Source: Methanocaldococcus jannaschii DSM 2661
GTDB taxonomy: Archaea > AGJL01 > Methanococci > Methanococcales > Methanocaldococcaceae
Assembly (NCBI RefSeq): GCF_000091665.1
Contig: NC_000909.1
Span: 1,309,460 to 1,341,459 of the forward strand
Direction of reading: 5' to 3'
DNA length: 32,000 nucleotides
In this document: positions 23,129 through 32,000 of the stretch, one piece after another
How the letters are laid out: every line of letters starts with the position of its first letter
Numbering within the stretch: the first letter of the stretch is position 1
The notes under the pieces: generated by a model
Databases searched by the model: none
What the model saw: the letters and a program-made list of their open reading frames with translations, nothing else
Told to the model about the DNA's origin: nothing
Translations under genes and position numbers: made by a program

Positions 23129-23725
23129 TTACTCTATCTTCCTACCAACTGGCATCAATAATAGAGGATATTCTTTTATCTTTAAAATCTCCCTTATTTC
23201 ATTATCATAAAATGCTCCAACTGATACAGTTCCTAAACCTAAAGATGTAGCCATTAAATATACATTCTGAGCAACATGTCCAACCTCCATATGCACATAT
23301 CTAAATCCTCTATCTCCATAAACTCTTGTAGTTCTTTCATAGTTAGCAGCTATAATTAAAACAATTGGAGCTATGGCGATAAACATCTGCTTTAAAGCTG
23401 CTAAAGCTAATTCGTGCCCTACTTCCTCATCTAAAATTCTAACAATTGAGTGCCTCTCTGGAATATATTTATAAACTCCCTCCTCAACTCCAACAACATC
23501 CCTCACATTTACATAAATTTCCAATGGATACGTTGCTCCAGCAGAGGGAACAGTTTTAAATCCCCTTTCATCAGTTACTCCATAGGCAGCAAATAGTATA
23601 TGAGAAAGTTCTCTCAAAGTCAGTGGAGATGAGCAATATTCCCTAACTGACCTCCTCTTTATCAAAACATCCTCTAACTTTATTTCCTCTATATCTGGAA
23701 GTTGGATTTCCATAGTATCCCCCAA
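23129..23725 (-). CDS. nitroreductase-like / SagB-type oxidase family protein
   Basis: LIKRRSVREYCSSPLTLRELSHILFAAYGVTDERGFKTVPSAGATYPLEIYV...HVAQNVYLMATSLGLGTVSVGAF, typical of SagB/ThcOx-type nitroreductases. Confidence 0.88.
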   Translation of the reverse strand: MGDTMEIQLPDIEEIKLEDVLIKRRSVREYCSSPLTLRELSHILFAAYGVTDERGFKTVPSAGATYPLEIYVNVRDVVGVEEGVYKYIPERHSIVRILDEEVGHELALAALKQMFIAIAPIVLIIAANYERTTRVYGDRGFRYVHMEVGHVAQNVYLMATSLGLGTVSVGAFYDNEIREILKIKEYPLLLMPVGRKIE

Positions 23726-23737
23726 TATATTTTGATA

Positions 23738-24277
23738 TTATTTATTTTGCTTTTCTCTTATAACTACTTTTCCATCTTTTGATGGGACTATCTTTATCTT
23801 TGCATCTTCAAAATCTCTATAAAGTGTTTTACCCTCAAACAATCTATCTAAAAAGATTGCCAAAGCAGCAACTTCGGAGTGTGGTTGGTTACCAACAGAT
23901 ACATTATAATCAGCCAATTCATAAACCTCCTTTGGCACTTTTTCAGCCCCAACTATAACTAATATATCTTTATCTCTGCTTATTTCTCTAATCTCTGGCA
24001 TTATCTCATTTATATTAGCCCCATACATTGTTAGATGAACTACAATCCCTCTTTTTTTAAATTCTCTAATATATTTTCTCCAATGTTTTTCAACAACAAA
24101 CTCAAAGTTTCCTCCCCAACTCTCTACAACTTTTTTAACACTATTTTCAACGTGTTCATCTTCAGTTGTAAAAATTATTTTATCTGCTCCTAAGGCTCTT
24201 GCGGTTAAAGCTACGTGGGTTGATATCCTCTTATCTCTGTCTCCTCTATGTCCTAATCTTAAAACCTCAACAACCAT
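23738..24277 (-). CDS. archaeal tRNA ribose 2'-O-methyltransferase (aTrm56)
   Basis: [32 protein letters not shown]...[10 protein letters not shown]...[44 protein letters not shown]-type aTrm56 signature. Confidence 0.9.
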   Translation of the reverse strand: MVVEVLRLGHRGDRDKRISTHVALTARALGADKIIFTTEDEHVENSVKKVVESWGGNFEFVVEKHWRKYIREFKKRGIVVHLTMYGANINEIMPEIREISRDKDILVIVGAEKVPKEVYELADYNVSVGNQPHSEVAALAIFLDRLFEGKTLYRDFEDAKIKIVPSKDGKVVIREKQNK

Positions 24278-24412
24278 AATAATCCCTCATCATAAATTAT
24301 TTATACTCTAAGTCATAAATATTTGAAAATATATGATGCAGTTGTTAAAACAACTTTCCAAATCTCTACATCCATATTTTTTGATTATATTTACTTTTTT
24401 GATTATAAGGGG

Positions 24413-24591
24413 ATGAAAATGGCAGAAATATTTGCAGTCAATAATTACACTGAATTAAAGAAGATTAGAAGGATGATAACTTTTGGATTTACTGTCTTAG
24501 GTCTTGGGATTGGAATGATATTTGGTGATGCTGGGCTGGATGTTTAATAGGCTTAGGGATATGGCTTTTAATAAGCTCTTATAAAATATAA
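24413..24591 (+). pseudogene. small glycine-rich membrane protein, apparent 1-nt frameshift
   Basis: Frame A: MKMAEIFAVNNYTELKKIRRMITFGFTVLGLGIGMIFGDAGLDV*. Shifted by one base at about 24536-24538 it continues GCLIGLGIWLLISSYKI*. RBS-like aaggggATG at the start. Confidence 0.5.
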
Positions 24592-24601
24592 AGGGATTAT
24601 A

Positions 24602-24827
24602 GATGACTATGAAGAATTAGATAAAAAATTATCCTCCAAATCTTGGAAGAAAGAGAAATAAACCTTTGATAGATAAGATTATTGAAGATGCTGAAAATGA
24701 TGAATTATTTTTTGGTTTCTTATGCATAGGTTTAGGTGTTGGAATGTTATTAGATAACTTTATAGCTGGAGCGTTATTAGGTATTGGTTTTTGGATTATA
24801 ATAAGGTATCTAAAAAAAGATTTGTAA
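24602..24827 (+). pseudogene. second small membrane protein remnant, similar to the preceding one
   Basis: From about 24651 the frame reads KRNKPLIDKIIEDAENDELFFGFLCIGLGVGMLLDNFIAGALLGIGFWIIIRYLKKDL*. Upstream another frame reads DDYEELDKKLSSKSWKKEK*. No good ATG in the main frame. Confidence 0.4.
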
Positions 24828-24829
24828 AT

Positions 24830-25969
24830 CTAATTTTTAATTTGGGAAATATTTATTAACTTATATAAATCTTTTAAAGGAATGCCATATTTTTTAGCAA
24901 TGTTCTTCAAATCCTCAAACTCTGGTTTTTGAGAGATTATTTCATCATTAACTCTCCCAACTTTTAATCTAACAGATTCATCAAACAATTTTATAGTTTT
25001 AAATTCTCTATCAGCTGTTATTCTCTCTATATCAAATATTCTAACCCCTAAACTACCAGTCTCCCTCATTATAATTTTGGCTACCTCCTCAGCTATATCT
25101 CTATCAACAATAGCCCTAATTGTATAAGCTGGTCTGTTCTTCTTCATATATGTAGGGATAAAATGCAAATCCCTAACTTTTCCATCTAAAACTTCATATA
25201 AATAGCCTAAAATCTCTGCTGAAATGTCATCAACGTTCGTTTCTAATAAAACTATATCCTCCCTCTTTATATCTTCAACTCTAAAAACTCTTAAGGCATT
25301 TAAAAGATTTAAATCCTTATCTCCAGCTCCATAAGAAACTTCTTTTATAATAAAAGCCCCTTTAGCTAATTTTGGATTTATATACTTTATAATAGCTGAT
25401 CCAGTAGGTGTTGTTAGCTCTTCATTTATATCAGAAAAAAATATTTTAAGTCCTTTCAATATCTCAGCCGTAGCTGGAGCTGGAACTGGTAGTAATCCAT
25501 GTTCTGTCCTTACAAAACCATTTCCAACATTTATTGGCTTATATAAGCAGTTATTTTTTAGATTTAACTTGTTTATAATATATGCTGCCCCAACAATATC
25601 GGCAATTGTATCATAATTCCCAACTTCATGGAAATGAACATTTTCAACATCCACATTATGCACTTTGCTTTCTGCCTCAGCCAATATCTTTAGAATTTCT
25701 AAGGCAGTAATTTTAATATCTTCTTGAATATCAGAACTTTTAATAACGTTTTTAATATCTTTATAAGTGTTTGCATTACAATTAATACACTTTGGGATTA
25801 TATTAACTTTGTTAGCTAATATATGACATTTCTTTACCTTTTTTATCTCAATCTCTACATCAATAACTTTTTTAATTGTATTTATAAAATCTTCTTTATC
25901 AACAAAATCAATCATTGCTGATAAGAACATATCTCCACTAATTCCAGAAAATGGGTCTAATAGAAACAT
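24830..25969 (-). CDS. larC: LarC-like pyridinium-3,5-bisthiocarboxylic acid mononucleotide nickel insertion protein (DUF111/UPF0272)
   Basis: MFLLDPFSGISGDMFLSAMIDFVD, VHFHEVGNYDTIADIVGAAY, GFVRTEHGLLPVPAPATAEILKG, TPTGSAIIKY, LLETNVDDISAEILGY. Confidence 0.92.
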   Translation of the reverse strand: MFLLDPFSGISGDMFLSAMIDFVDKEDFINTIKKVIDVEIEIKKVKKCHILANKVNIIPKCINCNANTYKDIKNVIKSSDIQEDIKITALEILKILAEAESKVHNVDVENVHFHEVGNYDTIADIVGAAYIINKLNLKNNCLYKPINVGNGFVRTEHGLLPVPAPATAEILKGLKIFFSDINEELTTPTGSAIIKYINPKLAKGAFIIKEVSYGAGDKDLNLLNALRVFRVEDIKREDIVLLETNVDDISAEILGYLYEVLDGKVRDLHFIPTYMKKNRPAYTIRAIVDRDIAEEVAKIIMRETGSLGVRIFDIERITADREFKTIKLFDESVRLKVGRVNDEIISQKPEFEDLKNIAKKYGIPLKDLYKLINISQIKN

Positions 25970-26109
25970 AAAAATCTCCTCTCTATTTTTTAGAGTTTAA
26001 GTTATTAATATACTGATAATACTAATAAAAAGTTTAACCTAACTGTCACACACTTAAAAATTAAGATTAATTAAGTAAGTAAATAAGTTATGTTGTGAAT
26101 GATTGTCCT

Positions 26110-26201
26110 ATTAAAATCAGACTGATTTGGAATGGAAACATTAGCTGGTGTCCTTCTTTGGAAACTACAAGATTAAAATCAGACCGATTCAGAATAAAAA
26201 T
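26110..26201. CRISPR. degenerate two-repeat CRISPR remnant (30-nt repeat, 32-nt spacer, 30-nt repeat)
   Basis: 26110-26139 ATTAAAATCAGACTGATTTGGAATGGAAAC; spacer 26140-26171; 26172-26201 ATTAAAATCAGACCGATTCAGAATAAAAAT. Both resemble the M. jannaschii CRISPR repeat recalled as RTTAAAATCAGACCGTTTCGGAATGGAAAY, with 3-4 substitutions each. Confidence 0.8.
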
Positions 26202-26343
26202 TTAAGGTTTATTTTCTTTTTATTAATTTAATTTATATATTTGAATTTATAAATAATAAAAGCTTTTCTTCACTAAAAAATAGTAATTTATATATCTCTG
26301 CTACCCTACTAATTTTTAAAATTAATTCTTTAAGGTGAAATGA

Positions 26344-27591
26344 ATGTATGAAGTTAGGGACATAAACCTCTGGAAAGAAGGAGAGAGAAAAATACAATGG
26401 GCAAAACAACACATGCCTGTTTTAAATTTAATTAGAGAAAGATTTAAAGAAGAAAAGCCATTTAAAGGAATAACAATAGGAATGGCTCTACACTTAGAAG
26501 CAAAAACAGCTGTTTTAGCAGAGACATTGATGGAAGGAGGGGCAGAGATTGCTATAACTGGATGCAATCCTTTATCCACTCAGGATGATGTTGCCGCTGC
26601 TTGTGCTAAAAAAGGAATGCATGTTTATGCATGGAGAGGAGAGACAGTAGAGGAGTATTATGAAAACCTAAACAAGGTTTTAGACCACAAACCAGATATT
26701 GTTATAGATGATGGCTGTGATTTAATATTTTTATTGCATACAAAGAGAACTGAACTTTTGGATAACATAATGGGAGGTTGTGAAGAAACTACAACTGGAA
26801 TCATCAGATTAAAAGCTATGGAAAAAGAAGGAGCTTTAAAATTTCCAGTTATGGATGTAAATGATGCATATACGAAACATCTATTTGACAACAGATATGG
26901 AACTGGGCAAAGTGCCTTAGATGGAATTCTGAGAGCTACAAACTTATTAATTGCTGGAAAGACTGTTGTTGTTGCTGGTTATGGATGGTGTGGTAGAGGA
27001 GTAGCAATGAGAGCTAAAGGCTTAGGAGCAGAGGTCGTAGTTACAGAAGTTAATCCAATTAGAGCCTTAGAGGCAAGAATGGATGGATTTAGAGTCATGA
27101 AGATGGAGAAAGCTGCGGAGATTGGAGATATATTTATAACAACAACTGGATGTAAGGATGTTATTAGAAAGGAACATATATTGAAGATGAGGAATGGAGC
27201 TATCTTAGCAAATGCTGGACACTTTGACAATGAGATTAATAAAAAGCACTTAGAAGAGTTAGCTAAATCAATAAAAGAAGTTAGAAATTGTGTAACTGAA
27301 TACGACTTAGGAAATAAGAAAATATATTTATTGGGAGAGGGTAGGTTGGTTAATTTGGCATGTGCAGATGGGCATCCATGTGAGGTTATGGACATGAGTT
27401 TTGCCAACCAAGCTTTAGCGGCTGAATACATCTTAAAAAATCATGAGAAGTTAGAGCCAAGGGTTTATAACATTCCTTACGAACAGGACTTAATGATTGC
27501 CTCTCTAAAATTGAAAGCTATGGGTATTGAAATTGATGAACTAACTAAAGAGCAAAAAAAATATTTAGAAGATTGGAGAGAAGGAACTTAA
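26344..27591 (+). CDS. ahcY: adenosylhomocysteinase family protein
   Basis: 415 aa: [96 protein letters not shown]. Confidence 0.94.
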   Translation: MYEVRDINLWKEGERKIQWAKQHMPVLNLIRERFKEEKPFKGITIGMALHLEAKTAVLAETLMEGGAEIAITGCNPLSTQDDVAAACAKKGMHVYAWRGETVEEYYENLNKVLDHKPDIVIDDGCDLIFLLHTKRTELLDNIMGGCEETTTGIIRLKAMEKEGALKFPVMDVNDAYTKHLFDNRYGTGQSALDGILRATNLLIAGKTVVVAGYGWCGRGVAMRAKGLGAEVVVTEVNPIRALEARMDGFRVMKMEKAAEIGDIFITTTGCKDVIRKEHILKMRNGAILANAGHFDNEINKKHLEELAKSIKEVRNCVTEYDLGNKKIYLLGEGRLVNLACADGHPCEVMDMSFANQALAAEYILKNHEKLEPRVYNIPYEQDLMIASLKLKAMGIEIDELTKEQKKYLEDWREGT

Positions 27592-27944
27592 CTTCTTAGA
27601 TTCTTTAAAAATAAAAAAGCTGCTTTGACTATTGTTATATATATTTAACCCCTCCCCCACAATTTTAATTGTTTCTTAATCATTTTTTAAAGTCCCTTGT
27701 TATTATCATATAGTTTTTATTACATATAATCTTTTTGCGTAATTTACTGTGTAGTATATTATGTAGGTATAACTCCAATATAGCTATATGTTTATTGGTT
27801 TATTTATGCCTATAAATTCATTAAAATATTAGTTTGATAATATCACAAAGAGTTTAAATTCCATGTTTCTATTTTTAAGCACATTTAACCGTATTTTTCC
27901 TTATAATGGTTTATTCCCATGAAGTCCTATTAAAATTTTAAAAT

Positions 27945-28349
27945 TTAAAGAGCAATCTCTTCAATAATATTCTCAGCTGTTAATCCGTCAATGTTATTAA
28001 CTTTAAACTTTAATTCCATAACCTTATCTTTTATTTCATCAGCTTTGATATTACCAACGACTGCAAATATAAAATCATCTAAGTTATATAAGATTATTTT
28101 ATGCTTTTTTCCTTTAATTTCAATGTATTCGACTTCATCATTAAATCTTTTATAGAGCATCTCTGAACTACCCATAACAACAGCCATATGCCTTGATATT
28201 ATTTCTAAATCTTCTCCGTCAATATTTCCTACTTTAACAAGGGAATCCTTTGAGACTATGACAAATCCCTCAACATTCTTTAAATTTTTTGATAGAGGTA
28301 GAAGAATTTCATTTATTTCATTTACTTTTCTGTTTTCTGTTGCCTTCAT
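27945..28349 (-). CDS. roadblock/LC7-like domain protein
   Basis: 134 aa: LLPLSKNLKNVEGFVIVSKDSLVKVGNIDGEDLEIISRHMAVVMGSSEMLYKRF...FIFAVVGN, resembles roadblock/LC7 regulators. Fold is inference. Confidence 0.75.
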   Translation of the reverse strand: MKATENRKVNEINEILLPLSKNLKNVEGFVIVSKDSLVKVGNIDGEDLEIISRHMAVVMGSSEMLYKRFNDEVEYIEIKGKKHKIILYNLDDFIFAVVGNIKADEIKDKVMELKFKVNNIDGLTAENIIEEIAL

Positions 28350-28543
28350 ATTAATCGCCTATTGATTCATTTTTTTAGTAATTTTTTTGAATATTCATGT
28401 AATTTTGTTCCTATTATGACTTTGTAGTACTATAAATATCTTTCTAAGATGTTTATTATTATGACATAAGCATTCAGAAATATGGCTTTGATGGAGCAGG
28501 AGAGGATGAAAGTTTAACCCATAATCTCCTAAAATTCCCATCT

Positions 28544-28873
28544 TTAGGGCGGAGATTCATCATTAATCAACACATTTTTCAATACAGTATTTTCACTGCT
28601 CATTGTCTTTTTAATGACATTAAAATAATCATTCTTCTTAAAATAAACATCTTTAATCCTTTCTCCTTTCAATTCAGGACATGCATTTAAAACTAAATCA
28701 TAAAGATCAGTATTTTTTATACCCTCTAATACCTTTTTTATTAATTTATCATTATCTTTATGCATATCGATAATTCTTCTTACCATAATAATCTTAATAC
28801 CAATAAATTTTGCTTTTGAGTTTATGGTATTTAAGTCATTGATGATTTTTTCATACTCATCCATACCTTTCAC
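28544..28873 (-). CDS. hypothetical protein
   Basis: 109-aa ORF, MKGMDEYEKIINDLNTINSKAKF..., same strand as the roadblock gene. The first in-frame ATG may be MDEYEK. Confidence 0.6.
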   Translation of the reverse strand: MKGMDEYEKIINDLNTINSKAKFIGIKIIMVRRIIDMHKDNDKLIKKVLEGIKNTDLYDLVLNACPELKGERIKDVYFKKNDYFNVIKKTMSSENTVLKNVLINDESPP

Positions 28874-29060
28874 CTTTTTTCATTTCTTTCAAAAATTTGA
28901 AAAATTTTACATCCTCTTTTTTTCTATTTGATTGTATATAGTGGAGATTTTAGTATAAATAAATTTTAGAACAGGTTTTAGATATTTTTATTAATCCGAA
29001 TATATAAATAAAGAATAGTAAAAATAAAAATATGAAAAATTTAAAATAAATAAAAATCAA

Positions 29061-30317
29061 TTATTCAAATTCTAAATCCATTCCCTCCAATCTTCTCTTA
29101 AACTCCTCTAATACCATATCTTCATACTTCTCTTCAGTTGTTGGATTGCCGTTCTCATCTTTAGCAACAAAGCATGCTGCTAATCTTAAATAATGCCCTG
29201 CATCATCCCATGGAACTGTTGAAATAAGTTTTTCTTTAATTAAGTATTGGGAGAAATCCTCAGCTGTTTTAAATTCAATACCATTAGCTTTTGTTGGTGA
29301 TTTTACATATAAATAAAAAGTTCCTCCAGGCATTCTTGCTTTAAATCCAACTTCATTTAATATCTTAACCATCTTTCTTAACCTTCTCTCATACTTCTGT
29401 CTAACTCTTTCTGTAATTTCTGGATGTTGCAAACAATAAATTCCAGCTTTTTGGATTGGGATGAACTGCCCACTATCAAAGTTGTCTTTAACTGTTGCAA
29501 ACGCTTTAATTATAAGTTCATTCCCAACCAAAAATGCCAATCTCCAACCGGTCATGTTGAATGCCTTTGAAAAGCTATGGATTTCAACTCCAACCTCCTT
29601 AGCATCTTTAACTGATAAGAATGAAAGAGGCTTTCCATCATAAACCAAAGCTCCATAAGCAGCATCTTGAACAACGATAACCTCATTTTCAAAAGCAAAA
29701 TCAACAACCTCTTTGTAGAATTTCTTTGTAGCTTGTGCTCCAGTAGGGTTGTTTGGATAATTGAGATATAATATCTTTGCTCTCTTCTTGATATCTTCTG
29801 GAATGCTCTCTAAATCTGGTAAGAAGTCATTCTCCTCTAATAATGGGAGATTATAAACCTCTCCCCCATACCATTTTGTGTGTGTTGCTGTAACTGGATA
29901 GCCAGGGACTGTCATTAGGCAAACATCTCCAGGGTTTATAAATGCTGATGTTATATAAGCTAAAGCTGGTTTTGAACCTATTGAGTGTATAACCTCATTA
30001 ACTGGGTCTATATCCTTAACTCCATAAACCTTCTCCATGTATGGAGGAACGGCATCTTTTAACTCCTGTATTCCGTTATCCGCATATCCTCTGTTTTCCC
30101 ATTTTTTAGCCTCCTCACACAAAACTCTTATAACCTCCGGGTCTGCCATCTCATCTGGTTCTCCAACACCCATATCAATTAATTCCATATCAGGGTGTCT
30201 TTTCATTGCCTCTTGCTTAGCTCTCTTAATTTTCTCAAACTTGTAAATTACATCTTCTTTCCCAAACTTCTTTCCACCAATTCTCTCAGCAAATAAGTTT
30301 TGTATGTAACTTTCCAT
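29061..30317 (-). CDS. dapL: LL-diaminopimelate aminotransferase
   Basis: 418 aa: MGVGEPDEMADPEV, YADNGIQELKDAVPPYM, YLNYPNNPTGAQA, HSFSKAFNMTGWRLAFLVG; fold-type I PLP aminotransferase of DapL type. Confidence 0.9.
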   Translation of the reverse strand: MESYIQNLFAERIGGKKFGKEDVIYKFEKIKRAKQEAMKRHPDMELIDMGVGEPDEMADPEVIRVLCEEAKKWENRGYADNGIQELKDAVPPYMEKVYGVKDIDPVNEVIHSIGSKPALAYITSAFINPGDVCLMTVPGYPVTATHTKWYGGEVYNLPLLEENDFLPDLESIPEDIKKRAKILYLNYPNNPTGAQATKKFYKEVVDFAFENEVIVVQDAAYGALVYDGKPLSFLSVKDAKEVGVEIHSFSKAFNMTGWRLAFLVGNELIIKAFATVKDNFDSGQFIPIQKAGIYCLQHPEITERVRQKYERRLRKMVKILNEVGFKARMPGGTFYLYVKSPTKANGIEFKTAEDFSQYLIKEKLISTVPWDDAGHYLRLAACFVAKDENGNPTTEEKYEDMVLEEFKRRLEGMDLEFE

Positions 30318-30791
30318 TTTATCACCAAATTGGCATTTTTAGTTTTTGCGGAGCATTTTAAAAGAATATATGGGTAGTAATGAATGCCTTCCTTTAGTAA
30401 GGTATTTTTTAATTTTAATAACTTTTGCAAAAACTACTTGTTTTAATGTAAGTAAATTTTAACAAATATAAAAATTTCGCTATTGTTTTGTATTAAATCT
30501 TTAATGCGAGTATTTTATGACTTTCGTATAGTATCTTTCAAAAATAATAAAAATTTTATAAAGATTATTAATAAAGTTAATGGGGCTTTCGCAGGAATAA
30601 AATCTTTAAAAGAAATCTTAATTTATAAATTTAAATTTAAAGATGTATATTACCAACTTTTTAGTCCAGAACTATTTCCCACATAAATTTTAAATATACA
30701 ATATCAAATATCTTTGAGATGATTCAATTTTATCATCAGATTCATTATGAGTATTTAAATTTCATTAAATTATTTTTTATGAGGGATTGTT

Positions 30792-32000
30792 ATGATGGTA
30801 AGGATATTTGATACAACACTTAGAGATGGAGAGCAAACACCAGGAGTTTCTTTAACACCAAATGATAAGTTAGAGATAGCAAAAAAATTGGATGAGCTTG
30901 GAGTTGATGTTATAGAGGCAGGTTCAGCTATAACTTCAAAAGGAGAGAGAGAAGGAATAAAATTAATAACAAAAGAAGGTTTAAATGCAGAAATCTGCTC
31001 ATTTGTTAGAGCTTTACCTGTAGATATTGATGCTGCCTTAGAATGTGATGTAGATAGTGTCCATTTAGTAGTGCCAACATCTCCAATACACATGAAATAT
31101 AAGCTTAGAAAAACAGAAGATGAGGTTTTAGAGACAGCTTTAAAGGCTGTAGAGTATGCTAAAGAACATGGATTGATTGTTGAGTTATCTGCAGAGGATG
31201 CAACAAGAAGTGATGTAAATTTCTTAATAAAACTATTTAATGAAGGGGAAAAGGTTGGAGCAGACAGAGTTTGTGTTTGTGACACAGTAGGAGTTTTAAC
31301 TCCACAAAAGAGTCAGGAATTATTTAAAAAAATAACTGAAAATGTTAATTTACCGGTCTCAGTTCATTGCCACAACGACTTTGGAATGGCTACTGCTAAT
31401 ACTTGCTCAGCAGTTTTAGGTGGAGCTGTTCAGTGCCACGTAACAGTTAATGGTATTGGAGAGAGAGCAGGAAATGCCTCATTGGAAGAGGTTGTTGCTG
31501 CTTTAAAAATACTCTATGGCTATGATACTAAGATAAAGATGGAAAAGTTATATGAGGTTTCAAGAATTGTCTCAAGATTGATGAAACTTCCTGTTCCACC
31601 AAATAAAGCAATTGTTGGGGACAATGCATTTGCTCATGAAGCAGGAATACATGTTGATGGATTAATAAAAAATACTGAAACCTATGAGCCAATAAAACCA
31701 GAAATGGTTGGGAATAGAAGAAGAATTATTTTGGGTAAGCATTCTGGTAGAAAAGCTTTAAAATACAAACTTGATTTGATGGGCATAAACGTTAGTGATG
31801 AGCAATTAAATAAAATATATGAAAGAGTTAAAGAATTTGGGGATTTGGGTAAATACATTTCAGACGCTGATTTGTTGGCTATAGTTAGAGAAGTTACTGG
31901 AAAATTGGTAGAAGAGAAAATCAAATTAGATGAATTAACTGTTGTATCTGGAAATAAAATAACACCAATTGCATCTGTTAAACTCCATTATAAAGGAGAA
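30792..32000 (+). CDS. cimA: (R)-citramalate synthase, partial at window edge
   Basis: [46 protein letters not shown]...[15 protein letters not shown]...[14 protein letters not shown]. Near-identical to my recollection of MJ1392 (CimA). Absent from the ORF track as it runs off the edge. Confidence 0.93.
   Translation, partial: MMVRIFDTTLRDGEQTPGVSLTPNDKLEIAKKLDELGVDVIEAGSAITSKGEREGIKLITKEGLNAEICSFVRALPVDIDAALECDVDSVHLVVPTSPIHMKYKLRKTEDEVLETALKAVEYAKEHGLIVELSAEDATRSDVNFLIKLFNEGEKVGADRVCVCDTVGVLTPQKSQELFKKITENVNLPVSVHCHNDFGMATANTCSAVLGGAVQCHVTVNGIGERAGNASLEEVVAALKILYGYDTKIKMEKLYEVSRIVSRLMKLPVPPNKAIVGDNAFAHEAGIHVDGLIKNTETYEPIKPEMVGNRRRIILGKHSGRKALKYKLDLMGINVSDEQLNKIYERVKEFGDLGKYISDADLLAIVREVTGKLVEEKIKLDELTVVSGNKITPIASVKLHYKGE

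Noticed and set aside
26110-26201. A functional CRISPR array or CRISPR-Cas locus
   Set aside because: Only two degenerate repeats, one spacer, no leader and no cas genes in the window. Only a remnant can be supported.
26202-26343. SAH/SAM riboswitch upstream of ahcY
   Set aside because: The leader is almost purely A/T with no paired GC-rich helices. Known SAH riboswitches are bacterial.
30248-30686. Short ORFs at 30248-30430 (-) and 30483-30686 (+) in the dapL-cimA spacer
   Set aside because: The first overlaps the dapL start region, the second is a chance open frame of basic and hydrophobic residues. No RBS or recognisable domain for either.

Overview
This 32 kb window looks like ordinary chromosomal DNA of a hyperthermophilic methanogen. 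Gene content and order match, from memory and without a database search, the Methanocaldococcus jannaschii MJ1359-MJ1392 neighbourhood, so it is that species or a very close relative. It carries about 27 supportable protein genes and one class II tRNA-Ser(GCT). The genes include ehbM/ehbO, truD, a TraB-family gene, a wtpBC-like ABC transporter pair with prs, methanogenesis markers 12 and 4, uppS, an MBL-fold hydrolase, a flippase, rlmE, gltX, carB in two pieces, a TatD-like hydrolase, a SagB/nitroreductase-like gene, aTrm56, larC, ahcY, a roadblock gene, dapL and the start of cimA. I do not see convincing evidence for a large new system. The most interesting signals are small. (1) A decayed two-repeat CRISPR remnant lies at 26110-26201, upstream of ahcY. 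(2) An MNT/HEPN (MntA-HepT) module and an unlisted 53-aa membrane ORF sit between the two carB halves, with a 1-nt frameshift inside the HepT catalytic motif. (3) Two apparently paralogous, frame-disrupted mini membrane ORFs lie in tandem at 24413-24827. (4) A perfect 9-bp inverted repeat lies upstream of the TatD-like gene. (5) One PUA/EVE-like protein is fairly clear and a second is tentative. Many short ORFs in the supplied track are antisense shadows of conserved genes.
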